Shown piece after piece: positions 26,171-36,565 of a stretch of DNA of 64,000 bases. The position numbers and the translations under genes were made by a program. Position 1 is the first letter of the stretch; each line of letters begins with the position of its first letter. Origin of the DNA: an uncultured bacterium (GTDB lineage: Bacteria; Verrucomicrobiota; Verrucomicrobiia; Limisphaerales; UBA8199); the NCBI GenBank assembly GCA_963749495.1, contig CAVVMW010000014.1, positions 224,001 through 288,000 on the forward strand, read 5' to 3'. Below the pieces are notes generated by a model. The model saw nothing but the letters and a program-made list of their open reading frames with translations. It was not told the DNA's origin and did not search any database.

Positions 26171-26289
26171 GGAAATCAGTCAGTCGCAGCTTAGCGGTGG
26201 TCCAAACGGCCGTTCGCAGGCTCTCGCGAGGGCGCAACCGGACACCGCCCCCCACCGGCTGCGGCGAGGTGCGAGTCGGGATGCACCCC

Positions 26290-26495
26290 AGGGCCGAAGG
26301 CCCGCCATGTGATAGCCCGGGCTGGAGCGGAGCGGAGGCCCGGGTAAGCCAGCGCCCCTCGAAAAGCCCCGGCCTGCAGGGCCGGGACTTTGTGGCGCCC
26401 CATAGCAGGGCGCGGCAGCATTATGGCCGGATGACCTGGGCCTCCGCTCGCAAGCTCGCTCCAGCCCAGGCTGTCACATTTCGGGCTTTCAGCCC
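26290..26495. repeat. REPIN-like inverted-repeat element
   Basis: GGGCCGAAGGCCCG..AGCCCGGGCTGGAGCG..GGAGGCCC versus GGGCCTCC..CGCTCCAGCCCAGGCT..CGGGCTTTCAGCCC. Confidence 0.7.
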
Positions 26496-26534
26496 ATGGA
26501 CGGGCGCATCCCGGGGGCAGTGTCCGAATGCGCC

Positions 26535-26612
26535 CCTCTCGCGAATCGTCTTGCCGTCTGCCTTTATTCGGGCATAGTAATTGCCGTTGCCGGCGTATCC
26601 CGGCAATTCAGG
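26535..26612 (-). pseudogene. Possible integrase N-terminal remnant
   Basis: GNGNYYARIKADGKTIRE resembles the arm-binding N-terminus of tyrosine recombinases; adjacent to a tRNA. Confidence 0.4.
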
Positions 26613-26643
26613 AATCGCTGTAAGTGCTTGGTAATCAACGGCG

Positions 26644-26733
26644 GGAAGGGTGGCTGAGTGGTTAAAGGCACCTGACTCGAAATCAGGCGTGGGGGTAACC
26701 CCACCGGAGGTTCGAATCCTCTCCCTTCCGCCA
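26644..26733 (+). tRNA. tRNA-Ser(CGA)
   Basis: GGAAGGG/CCCTTCC acceptor, CTCGAAA anticodon loop, long variable arm, GTTCGAAT, GCCA end. Confidence 0.97.
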
Positions 26734-26909
26734 AAGCCGAAAGACCGGCAAAACTGACGTTGCAAACCCAAGCGGTTGGGTATATGGTTTCTCCGGGACT
26801 GAGAATGCTCGGTCGGCAGGCATCTCCTGAGAATGCTCGGGGGATGCCTGTTTTGGTTTTTAAGGATAGGGGGTTAGTTCTGGCCTTTGCCCTTTTGCCG
26901 GCTCGTTCT

Positions 26910-27190
26910 GTTAAGCCAGTCAATCGGGGTAAAGGCCGGGACTTCAGGAAAGTTCTTGAGGATGCCTTGTCAAAGGTCGCCAGTCAAATACCTGACTATG
27001 ACGCTCGCATCAATGGCGATTCTTGCGCCCAGTCACCTTCTCTCCCCCAGCCCCGCCGCGCCAGCTTTCGCGATGCCGGCGCGGGCCGCCGCCTTGATTT
27101 CCTGAACCCGCCGCGTCTTCTTGCCCTTCCCCAGGGAACCCGCCAGAGCGTCCGCGTCTTCCACCGGTTCGAGGATCAATCGCCTCCCAT
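26910..27190 (-). pseudogene. AbrB-like antitoxin C-terminal part plus deleted PIN toxin
   Basis: DGRRLILEPVEDADALAGSL..; then RIAIDASVIVRYLTGD overlapping LATFDK in another frame. Confidence 0.55.
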
Positions 27191-27199
27191 CGATACCTT

Positions 27200-27900
27200 T
27201 TTGGGACGGGGAATCTGGGGCCGGACGCCAAAGGCGCGGTTCCAGAGGCGGGCATGATGTGCGCAGAGGTTGCGGACCTGGTTGAATGTTGCCAGCCAGG
27301 AATCCAGCACAAGGTCGGCAACGCCGTATTGGGCGGCGACAGCCTGCTTGATGGGCGTCTCAACTCCACGGAAGGGGTGCCGGGCAAAAAAGTAAGCTCC
27401 GTCGAAGAGACCAGGCAGGCGTTGTTTCTTCTCTTGCGTGATTGTATCTATGCGGATGCAACCGCAATGAGATGGGGCTGCCTCAATGCCGGCCAGTCCC
27501 CGCCCGGGATCGCTGAGCGGCTTTGTTTTCCGCGTATTCCGCGTGTTCCGCGGCTGCCCTCAGGTGCCATGGCCGTATCGGCCCCGCTCCGCCACGATGC
27601 GCTCAATTTGGATCGTTACTCACATTGGTCTTCATGGCCGGCGAGGTTGGCAAGGCTCCGAAGGAGAATGAACCGCGGAATACGCGGAATACGCGGAAAT
27701 GAATAGGTCTAATGGTTACTATTTTGTTCCGCACCCCCACGGAAGAGGGTGAACATGGCGCCAAACGTCATCAGCTCGCAAGCCATCCAGAGTGGCAGAT
27801 CGGTTTCGGAGGTGTATTTGGAGAAGAAATGCTGGACGAGTCCTCGTTCACGCCCCCCCCGGCCGACCTGCTCCTCCATCCGAAGCTCGGTTTTACCGAA
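27200..27900 (-). pseudogene. Abi_2 (AbiD/AbiF-like HEPN) pseudogene split by a ~355-bp insertion
   Basis: LVQHFFSKY..LPLWMACELMTFGAMFTLFRG (27840-27737) continues as FRGVETPIK..SWLATFNQVRNLCAHHARLWNR (27373-27235). Confidence 0.75.
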
Positions 27901-28112
27901 GTGGCATCAAATTCAACGCTGTCAAACAAAAACCATGCCCGCAAAAATCCCCCCATTTTACCGGCGCTGTAGCGCCTTGTTGCGGGTCGTGTTGCGGGTC
28001 CGACCTCAAAAATCCCCCGGTTCCATGCGCCTTGTAGCACTGTAGCGGGTCCATACCCCCTGCCCCGCAAATAAGCCCTTCGGGCCACTGAGCGGTGCAT
28101 CCCGCAGACCTT

Positions 28113-28241
28113 TTACAGCGCGAGCACCACGGCCTTTGTCTCGGTGTAGAGTTCGAGGGCCTGGTGTCCCATCTCGCGGCCCCAGCCGGATTGCTTGTAG
28201 CCGCCGAATGGGAGCGCGGCGTCGAATACGTTGTAACAGTT
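28113..28241 (-). pseudogene. Aldehyde dehydrogenase C-terminal fragment
   Basis: [32 protein letters not shown] with no upstream gene body. Confidence 0.85.
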
Positions 28242-28244
28242 TCC

Positions 28245-29438
28245 TTATTGGAACAACTGTGGCGCGAACTCGTTGAGGTATTCGCGCCAGTTGATCCATG
28301 TGTGCCCGCCGACACTCTCCTTGAACACGACGTCAAACTTGTGCTTCTTGAGCATTTCGACCGTGGCGCGGGAGGTTTCGACCAGGAAATCGTCCTTGCC
28401 GGTGGCGAACCAGAAGAGCTTCAGGCCGTCCTTGAGTTTCGGGTCGTCGAGGGCCGTCTGGTTTTGTTCTTCGAAGGTGGGCCCGGAGGGCGCGTTGCCG
28501 CCGAAGCCGCGGCCGGTGATGCCGAAAACGCCCGCGCTGAAAACGCCGAGGTAGGCGAACTGGTCCAGGTGCGGCACGCCGATGCTGAGCGTTTGCCCCC
28601 CGCCCATGGACAAGCCGGCGATAGCGCGGCTTTGCCGGTCCGTGAGCACCCGGTAATGGCCCTCGACATAGGGCATGATGTCCCCGAGGAAATCCTTGGC
28701 AAACTCATCGGCGGCAGGCCGGGGCGAGCCCGGGGCGCGCGAACCCAACGGACCGGTGTGCCCGGCGGGCATGACCACGATCATCGGCTTGGCTTTCCTG
28801 GCCGCAATCAAGTTGTCCAGGATGAACCCGGCCCGGCCCACTGAACCCCAGGAATCGTCGGAATCCGACGCGCCGTGCAACAGGTAAAAGACAGGGTATT
28901 TGCCCTCGCCGGATTCATACCCAGGGGGCGTATAGACGTGCATGCGGCGGACCTTGGACAGTGCCTTGGAGTGATAGGTGACCGCAGCCACCGCTCCATG
29001 CGGAACGTCTTTGGTGTCCATGAACTCTGCGCCCGGAACACACACCAGGCTCCAGACATTGGCATTGGACTCGCTCGTGGCCGGGCTGCGCGGGTCGATC
29101 ACCGGCACGCCGTCCACGTTGAAGTTGTAGCGGTAAGCGCCGGGCTGGATCGGCCCCAGCGTCACCTCCCAAACATCGTTGGTGCCTTTGGTCATTTCCG
29201 CGCCTTGGCCCACGCCGGGGATGTCGCCCCCGCTCAGCCGCACGGTTCCCGCCTTCGGGGCCAGAATTCGGAAGGTGACCTTGCAATCACTCGTCACCTC
29301 GGGCGAGACCACTCGCGGACCTTGCGGGCCAAAACCGGGGCCGGGCCTGGCCGCCTGGGCGAAGGCGGCGGAGTTGGAATCGGCGGCCGCAAGCAGCGCG
29401 GCCGCAAACAGGGTAAAGGCGGTGATTGGCGTTTTCAT
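28245..29438 (-). CDS. Secreted CE1-like esterase with an N-terminal E-set domain
   Basis: VYTPPGY, YLLHG, AGLSMGG, GGHTWINWR. Confidence 0.9.
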   Translation of the reverse strand: MKTPITAFTLFAAALLAAADSNSAAFAQAARPGPGFGPQGPRVVSPEVTSDCKVTFRILAPKAGTVRLSGGDIPGVGQGAEMTKGTNDVWEVTLGPIQPGAYRYNFNVDGVPVIDPRSPATSESNANVWSLVCVPGAEFMDTKDVPHGAVAAVTYHSKALSKVRRMHVYTPPGYESGEGKYPVFYLLHGASDSDDSWGSVGRAGFILDNLIAARKAKPMIVVMPAGHTGPLGSRAPGSPRPAADEFAKDFLGDIMPYVEGHYRVLTDRQSRAIAGLSMGGGQTLSIGVPHLDQFAYLGVFSAGVFGITGRGFGGNAPSGPTFEEQNQTALDDPKLKDGLKLFWFATGKDDFLVETSRATVEMLKKHKFDVVFKESVGGHTWINWREYLNEFAPQLFQ

Positions 29439-29486
29439 AACCTCATTCTGCAAAAGGACCCGGGGAAGTCGATCCTGAATTGGTTT

Positions 29487-29966
29487 TCATGGCGTCATGG
29501 GCTGGGCGCCCGGGTGTGAGATTTCCCGTTCGAGGATGCTGGCGGCCATCTCCGCCGCTTCCCTGGTGAACACCAGGCATTTCTTCTCGCGAAGCTGGTT
29601 GTCCTTGAAAAACTGCCGGCCTTCCGGCGTATCGAGCCGGCAGCCCATGAGCCGCTCGCAGTTTGTCGTGCCGAACTTCGACTCGAACCGGCTCAGGAAG
29701 CTCCGGACCAGCCGGACATCATCCTCCGTGGATTCGCCGGCGCGGTTGCGCCCGGCCACCAGGTTGATCGCCAGCACGCCGCCGCTCACCGCCCCGCAGA
29801 TACCGCCCGTCCTCGCGATGCCACCGCACAGACCGGTGGCAATCTTGGGAATCAACTCGGACTTGATGGCTCGGCTCTCGGCGATGGCCTGCAAAACACT
29901 CTCCGCGCAGCAGAACCCTTGCTGGAATAGTTCCGCGCTCCGTTGGGCAACCTGGCATGTCGTCAT
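29487..29966 (-). CDS. C-GCAxxG-C-C family putative redox protein
   Basis: GFCCAESV, GICGAVSG, GTTNC..L, KKC. Confidence 0.85.
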   Translation of the reverse strand: MTTCQVAQRSAELFQQGFCCAESVLQAIAESRAIKSELIPKIATGLCGGIARTGGICGAVSGGVLAINLVAGRNRAGESTEDDVRLVRSFLSRFESKFGTTNCERLMGCRLDTPEGRQFFKDNQLREKKCLVFTREAAEMAASILEREISHPGAQPMTP

Positions 29967-30246
29967 AGGCGTCGTGGCTTGCAGCTTAACCCCCCGGTGC
30001 CGGGCCTGCCAAGCACATCCGCGCACGGGAGCGTGTGACACAGAATTCATCTTGGACGTCCGGATCGCAGACCTCAGAGCCGATCCGGGCCTTCCGTCCT
30101 TCGTTTCCTTCGTTCCCTTCTGTTCTGTTCCTGCGTCCCGCCGGCTGGGCGCAGGAATAGAACAGAAGGAAACGAAGGAAACAAAGAAGCGGCCTCATGC
30201 GGCGGCATCGATCGGGTCCATGCCAGTGCGTAAAGGATTACGGCCA

Positions 30247-32265
30247 TCATCGGCGGTTGGTTGCCGGGACGGTTGGCGCGCCCGCATCGCGGAACTGGCG
30301 GACGAGATTCCTCGTGCCACTCTTGCTCCGGGCTTCGAGCACGACTTTGCCTTCCGCGGAGGGCGAAACCTGCGCCAGGAACAGACCGTCGGCCGCGACC
30401 GGGATTGGTTCGCCATTGGCCGTGAGCACCGTGCCCGGTTCGGCCCAACCGTGGAGGTCCACGGCACAGCCCTTGGCCACGGGCGAGTGTTCGAGCGGGG
30501 TAGTCTGGAGCAGCACGCGCGGGGATTGGTCCAGCGCAAGCGTCTCCTCGATGGCCTGGCGCCTGGCCTGGTAGAGCGCCTCGGGATCACCGGTGTGCTC
30601 GCAGTAGCCGGCTACGACTTGGGAGGCGATTTCGACGCCGCGCTGGCGCGGATCGATGAAAGCCGCCACACGCGGTGCCAGGGTTCCAGTGATTTGGGAG
30701 ATCCGGCTCTCGAGCAGCCAAAGGCACTCGTAGTCCTGGAGGCCATTGCGCATCTGCTCCCAGCGCAACGAATCGAGCAGGCCGTCCTTCTTGGGATACA
30801 CGTGCCAGCCGTCGCCGCGGTGTTCGCCGGGTTTGTTGATGGGGTCGTCGGTCCAGGCATTGAAGCCCCAGTGCAAATAGCCCCGGAGGTTGTAGCGGTA
30901 GTTGAGCCAGTGCATCAGGCGGGTCTCGATCAAGGGCACATCCACCGTTTTGTTGAGCAGCGAGCCGCCCTGGAAGATGCCCACGGTGTAAAACCACAGT
31001 TCGTTGCCTTGGCGTTGGGCCTCCTCGAAGGCCTCATGCCAGGTGGCCAGGTGGTCCAGCTTCGGCACCCAGATCTCCAGCGCGCCCAGGCAGTGGGGCG
31101 TTTCAATCGCATCGATGCGGCGCAACTCGGGAGCCAGGCGATGGACAATACCCGAGGCGTTATGCCAGGCCATAATGTTATGATCGGAGGGCTCGTCGGC
31201 GATGTGGAACACCGTTTTCGCGAGCCAGCCCTTGGCGCGCAAATGCCCGACGAACGCCGGCAGGAATTGCGGCAGGAACTCCTCGCCAGACATTGAAGCG
31301 CGCCGGCCATCCGCATCCTTCACCGGAAAATTTTCGAGCGCGATTTCGCTGCCCGACCAACCGTCTTTGCCGAACCGTGCGACGAACCCTGTCTCGAGCA
31401 AGTCCATGCACCCGGTGTCCCAGAACACCTGGGCCAGCCTGTCGAAGCGGGAAAAATCAAATTCGAGCTTGCCATCCGCCGCGCGACGGGACTCGATAGA
31501 GCCGAGCCCCACGCGGAAGACATTCTGCCGGTGCTCCGCCATGTTCCGGGCATAGACCCCGAGCAGGCGATAGAAGTGCTCGTTGTCGGACGAGTCCAGT
31601 TGATGATGCTTCTTGAACCCGGAGGTCGAGAACCATTCAGTGACAAACAGGTGCCGCTCTGCCGGGAGGGTCAGAGGATAGACCTGGAGGGCGAGCGGCA
31701 GGGAAACGCTGGCACCGCCTGCGCTCGCGGCAATCGCAGCCCGATACTCGCCCGGCGGCGCCTCCGGCGGGATCCTGAGCGTCAGATAGACGGCCTTGCG
31801 CGTCCCCTTCCGCACCGAGCACTTCCGCTCCTCGCTGAGGAAATCCGGAAACCACGCCGGGGCGGGACGCAACAGGCCCGCTCGTTGCCGGTTGGGCGAG
31901 TTCTTCTCGATGAAGATGCTCCCGACGAAATTCCAACGAACATTCTCCCCAGGAATGGTGCCTGAACCCTGCGCCTGCTGGAGAGGGCCCACCGAGAGCG
32001 TCAAATCCTCGACATCCTCATGCGCCAGGAGCACACATTGAGCCGAAACGGTCTCATTGCGCAGACCAAAGAGGTTGAGCGCGTTGTGCCGGGGCTCGAG
32101 GGCACCGTAGCCGTCCTCGAATACGCGGTCCAGGTCGCTCGCGGCCAAGCACTCGAACGCAGGTTCGGCCGCCTGACCCGGCGGCGAGGCTTCCAGCACC
32201 AAGCCCAATCCCACCGTGACGGCCAGCCATTTGGCCGGCCCGAGCCACTGATCATGCGTTGCCAT
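30247..32265 (-). CDS. DUF4091 / GH123-like glycoside hydrolase
   Basis: Signal peptide; ADEP, WFYT, GYLHWG, GDGWHVYP, SLRWEQMRNGLQDYE. Confidence 0.8.
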   Translation of the reverse strand: MATHDQWLGPAKWLAVTVGLGLVLEASPPGQAAEPAFECLAASDLDRVFEDGYGALEPRHNALNLFGLRNETVSAQCVLLAHEDVEDLTLSVGPLQQAQGSGTIPGENVRWNFVGSIFIEKNSPNRQRAGLLRPAPAWFPDFLSEERKCSVRKGTRKAVYLTLRIPPEAPPGEYRAAIAASAGGASVSLPLALQVYPLTLPAERHLFVTEWFSTSGFKKHHQLDSSDNEHFYRLLGVYARNMAEHRQNVFRVGLGSIESRRAADGKLEFDFSRFDRLAQVFWDTGCMDLLETGFVARFGKDGWSGSEIALENFPVKDADGRRASMSGEEFLPQFLPAFVGHLRAKGWLAKTVFHIADEPSDHNIMAWHNASGIVHRLAPELRRIDAIETPHCLGALEIWVPKLDHLATWHEAFEEAQRQGNELWFYTVGIFQGGSLLNKTVDVPLIETRLMHWLNYRYNLRGYLHWGFNAWTDDPINKPGEHRGDGWHVYPKKDGLLDSLRWEQMRNGLQDYECLWLLESRISQITGTLAPRVAAFIDPRQRGVEIASQVVAGYCEHTGDPEALYQARRQAIEETLALDQSPRVLLQTTPLEHSPVAKGCAVDLHGWAEPGTVLTANGEPIPVAADGLFLAQVSPSAEGKVVLEARSKSGTRNLVRQFRDAGAPTVPATNRR

Positions 32266-32380
32266 CGGCCCGATTATGCACAGCCGCCCCCCTGATGCCA
32301 GGCAATTTCTCGCCGGGTTGAGGCCTCGGGCGCAACCGGACACCGCCCCCAAATCCTGGTTGTGCCGCGCGGAGCGCTGT

Positions 32381-35177
32381 TTAAGCCGACTCAATTTCGT
32401 CGCTCAGGCCGAGTTCGCGCAGGGCGGCTTTGGTTTCTTCGAGTTTCTGTTTGGAGAGGCCGCCTTCAGGGGACACTTCCACGGTGAGCTTGAGTTTGAG
32501 GCCCCTGTTGGCTGCGAATTTGGACAGGACCTTGGTGTAGAAGTTCATCCACTTCTGGGGCGGAACTTCGCCGGTCCAAGTGATGGTGGTGAAGGCGAGC
32601 TGTTCAGGCTTTTTTGGCTCGGGAGCCTCTTTGTCTTCATTCTCCGGTTTCGGGGGCTTGGGCTTCTCGGTTGGCTCATCTGGCTTTGGCTCAGGGGAGC
32701 GGGCGGGCGGAGCCGCCTTCGTCTTGAGGTAGGCTTCGGCGGTTTCTTTGGTGACGAGGAACATGTCTTCCGAAAACTCAATGTCACGGTTCATCAATGC
32801 CTGGTTGAAGACGAACGGTTTATAGTCCCCCGTTCCGGTCTTGCCGACGTAGGCGAGGAGGCCGTTGCCGACGCCACGCGAAATGGTTTCACGGATGGCG
32901 TCGGCACTGAGGAGGCGCGGGAACCTGGGCGAAGCGAAGAAGGCATCGCGGACGGACTGGGTCTGCCATTCCTTCATCCCCGGCCAATTGCGGACGAGGA
33001 AGCTCGGGCTGATGCCGGATTCGAGGTCGCCATCCTGGCGGAGCCGGTTGAGAACCAGCGTGACAATGTTCTGGGGCGGCGCTGGAATGGACCAACCCCA
33101 TGTCCACTTGTTTGATGGCGTTGTCTTTGCCCAGGAGCATCAGGACTTTGTAGGTGCGCCAGACGGCTTCTCTGAAATCGCGGCGGGCCTTTTTCAGGCT
33201 TTCGGAAAGGTGGCGGGTTTGCGTCTCGTCGAGCTTGAGGTCCGGGGCCTCTTCATCGATGTCTTCCCACGCGAGGACCTTGCGGGCCTCGTCGCGAAGA
33301 ACATCGGCGGATTCCGGGACGCAAAAGATCAGGGCGCTCTTGAATGTGCGCGAGGATGAGCCGTACTCGCGGGTGATGGTTTCGACCACTTTGGTGGTGG
33401 CCCTCTCGTCTTGGAGCGAGTCGTCGGGCGAGAGGATGACCAGTGTGACGGCCGGCCGGTCGGGGACCTGGTTGGTCTTTTCGGGGAAGAAGACGCGCTC
33501 GACGGCGGCGCCGGCGGCGAAGACTTTTTGGATTTCCTCGCGGACCTGTTCGTCAACCGCGGGGGGCTGGATCGTGGCGCGGCGGTCGGCGAAGCGTTTG
33601 TTGAGGTTTTCCCGGAGGGTGAAACGGTAGCGGTTGCGCTCGACCGCCAGGTAATAGCAGGCCTCGGCCAGCGACTCGAGGGCGGTCTCGACGTTGCCGA
33701 TGTCCAGCCCAGGTTCGGCAACCGCGAGCCGGATTTCAGGCTGGGTGGCTTCGCCCTTCGCCTGGCCGCCGTTCGACTCAAAGAAAATGGCCGTCGCAAC
33801 TTTGCGATGCAGGCGGGCGTTCCTGATGGTGTCCTGGGCCTCGGCATCGAGGCGTACGGCGTGGGATTCTTTCTTGCCGCAGATGTCCGTTGTGACCGCG
33901 CCTTCGAGTTTGGTTTCGCCGAGTTGCTCGAAGACGGCTGAGCGGAAGAGCGAGTCGTCGAGCGGGGCGGTGCCCAAACCAATCACGGGGTCCTTCTGAC
34001 CGCTCTTGAAACCGGCTTGGTAAGCGTTGGCGACCCAGAGGGCCAGCATGCGGAGCACACCGCGGGTCTGCTGGAAGCGGGGGAGCTCCTGCCATTTGCG
34101 TTCGAAGACCGAGATGGCGGCCGGATGGAACGGGTAAGTGGCGGCGAAGGCCTCGCGGGCGGTGTCAAGGGGGAACCAGTGGGGCAACTGCTGGCGATTC
34201 TCGATCACCCAGTCACCGTACTCGTTGCAGGCTTCCAGGGCGTCCTTAGGGAGCATGACTTTGCCCTCGGTGGTGATGGCGCGTTCGTCCCATTCGAAAA
34301 GGCGGCGGCGCACGATTTCGGAGGCCTCGGCCTCGGCGGACATGACGATGGCTTTGCCGAGCCGGTCGAGCATTTTCTTGAACCGCTCGTAATCGGATTG
34401 GTCCTCGGCGGTCATCTCCATCTCGGACGCCGGGATGGAAACGGCGAGGACGACGTTATCGAGCCCGCGCGCAACCTCGGAGAGGTTCTGGAGGAAATTG
34501 TAAAGTTGGGCGCCAAGCCCACTTTTTCGATTGCGGCTGACGTAATTCATCAGCTCGTCCATGAGGAGGAGGCTGGGGTGGTCCTTGGTGAAGAACTTGC
34601 GGATGACCTCCCCGCCGGGGGCGGAATCATGCCCCGCGACCAGTGCGAGCATTTCCTCGGCTGCCTGCCTGTTGTGGGACAGGCCGAGCTGCCAGGCGAT
34701 TTCCGCCCAGGGGGTCTTGCGGAGGGGGGTGCCATCCTCACCGCCGCGGCCTCTGACCGAATCAAATTCCGCCCCTACCAGGACTGCCACCGCGGCCTTG
34801 GGGACCTCCTGGACACCCGCCGCCGTGAGCAGTTGTTGGACCCCGCCACAGCGCGCGCAACCCGGGCCGTTCTTGGCCAAGTGGTACAGGAGTGTGAGCG
34901 CGTGGGTTTTGCCGCCGCCGAATTGGGTAGCCAGATTGAAGACCGCGCTGGTCTCGGTCCGCTCGCCCGAGAGGCGGCGGATGACTTGGCTGGCCAGGGT
35001 GGAAAGGTTCTTTGTCAGGTACGTGCGCGCGAAGAATCGGTCCGGCTCTTGGTAGTCCGGCGGGGCGGAGCCGTTGCGAACATCGTCCAGGTGGACGGCA
35101 AATTCGGCGGCGTCGAGCGGTTTGCCCTCGCGGAGGTCTTCGCGGGGGGTGACGACTTTATACCAGGGTTTTAACAT
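32381..35177 (-). CDS. DUF499 AAA+ ATPase (frameshift ~33075)
   Basis: PWYKVVTPREDL, FAVHL, TQFGGGKTH, MDE, YPFHP, FQQTRGVLR; an extra C joins ORFs 32889..35177 and 32381..32977. Confidence 0.9.
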
Positions 35178-35229
35178 AATGCTAAATTCTGAATGCTAAA
35201 ATCGATCTTGTTTGGAGGTTCCCGTAAAT

Positions 35230-35280
35230 TGTCAATAAATAAATAAATATGTTGACATGTTATACAGATTGCAATACTGT
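35230..35280 (+). promoter_or_regulatory. Sigma70-like promoter TTGACA-17-TACTGT with an AT-rich UP tract; back-to-back TTGACA on the minus strand
   Basis: TTGACA 35252-57, TACTGT 35275-80; TGTCAA 35230-35. Confidence 0.65.
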
Positions 35281-35285
35281 TTAAC

Positions 35286-35380
35286 CGATGCTTGGCAACA
35301 AGCAGCTCCTCCACGCCTTACGGCTGTGGATAAGGTTTCTGGCCCCGTGAACCGGCTAATCACGGGGCAATTCCTTTTTC
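35286..35380 (+). ncRNA. Putative structured ncRNA convergent on the DUF3800/BECR-like genes
   Basis: TGCTTG-GCAA-CAAGCA hairpin, TCCACGCC-TTAC-GGCTGTGGA hairpin, GCCCCGTGA/TCACGGGGC terminator-like stem plus T-rich tail, upstream promoter. Confidence 0.6.
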
Positions 35381-35887
35381 TTTTGGAATTCGCCATTGGA
35401 GCCTTCCTCCGCGGATGAATTTCGCGATTTCGGGTTTGGGGGCTGGGAAAGCGGATGAGAATCGCCACCCTCCATTCATTCTGGGGTGAAGCCAGACGAC
35501 ATAGCCGTATTCCCAATGCACATAGAGCCGGTCGAGGGGATGGTTGCGTCCCGACTCGGGCCGCACATGCCAACATTCGGTTCCGGGAACGGTCCCCGCC
35601 AGGATTTCCTTTATCCACCGGACGCGCGCGATCCTCTCCAGGGCGATTTTGTCCTTGGCGTAGGGGTGCTTGGCGCGATCAGATGAGGTTCTGGATGCGT
35701 GTTTCTCCCAGCGGTCCACGAAAAAGGAGGCAGTGCCACCGCCGTGGAGATCCATCGTGCCTGAGAATGCCGAGTTCGTATAAAGGAGGGCGAAGAGCCG
35801 GCGACCTTCGGCCTCTGCCTCCTGTTCGGACAGGCCTTCCAGTGGAAGCAATAACGTGTGTAGTTCCAAGGTCCGCCTCTTACTCAA
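35360..35887 (-). CDS. Hypothetical protein, possible BECR-fold (PBECR-like) RNase
   Basis: H..KD..ERIARVRWIK, RLY, YVVWL, FSSAF pattern; overlaps the DUF3800 stop. Confidence 0.5.
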   Translation of the reverse strand: MSKRRTLELHTLLLPLEGLSEQEAEAEGRRLFALLYTNSAFSGTMDLHGGGTASFFVDRWEKHASRTSSDRAKHPYAKDKIALERIARVRWIKEILAGTVPGTECWHVRPESGRNHPLDRLYVHWEYGYVVWLHPRMNGGWRFSSAFPAPKPEIAKFIRGGRLQWRIPKEKGIAP

Positions 35888-36563
35888 GGTTGATGCGAAA
35901 GATGTTAAATTTCGTCATGCCCGGGCTGGTGTCCGCCGTGCGGAGGGAGGCACCTCGACGGTCTGCGATGTAGTCGGCAAGCTGAGCTTTCGGGGAGGCG
36001 CCCGTGAAGCCGCACCAGGCTCCGGCGACAGCACCCGTCAGGAGGTCGCTTAACTGAGCCAACGGCGACTGGTGGGAATCGATAACCGTCAGATCATCAA
36101 TCCAGGCGGTGCCGCGAGCCTTGTTCTCGAGAGCGCGCCGGAGGGTTGTGTAACGGTCAGCGCCCTTGTTCTTCTTGAAGTCGAGGAGGACCAGGTAACG
36201 GTTCCCATCGAGGATCCATTTCTCCAGCATTTCGAAGTAGAACTTATAGAAGCCAAGTTCGCGGTCGCCACCATGAAAGCGGTTGAAGTCCACTTTGGAC
36301 TGCTCGACGACGATCACGCGGAAGCGGAGGTCTGGCTGATCGAAGAGGAAGTCCACGAGCCTTTGGTAGTCCGGGAGGCGTTTTTGACTGACCTTGCTCC
36401 ACTTGACCTCGCCGTTGAGAGCGACGCTTTCACGCAGGGCGCGGAACTTCTTGGTCAGGTCGTCTTTGAGGGGGCGCGGCACCCACAACCCACCGATGGA
36501 CATATACCGGTTTTGGGGAGATTGGTCGTGGCGGCTTTCGTCGCAATAAATAACGAACTCCAT
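35880..36563 (-). CDS. DUF3800 domain protein (RNase H-like fold)
   Basis: IYCDES, GEVKWSK, VLLD, DSHQSPLAQLSDLLTGAV. Confidence 0.88.
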   Translation of the reverse strand: MEFVIYCDESRHDQSPQNRYMSIGGLWVPRPLKDDLTKKFRALRESVALNGEVKWSKVSQKRLPDYQRLVDFLFDQPDLRFRVIVVEQSKVDFNRFHGGDRELGFYKFYFEMLEKWILDGNRYLVLLDFKKNKGADRYTTLRRALENKARGTAWIDDLTVIDSHQSPLAQLSDLLTGAVAGAWCGFTGASPKAQLADYIADRRGASLRTADTSPGMTKFNIFRINLE

Positions 36564-36565
36564 GG

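Noticed and set aside
33060..33090. Programmed frameshifting in DUF499 or the radical SAM gene
   Set aside because: No slippery heptamer seen; similar indels occur in unrelated genes
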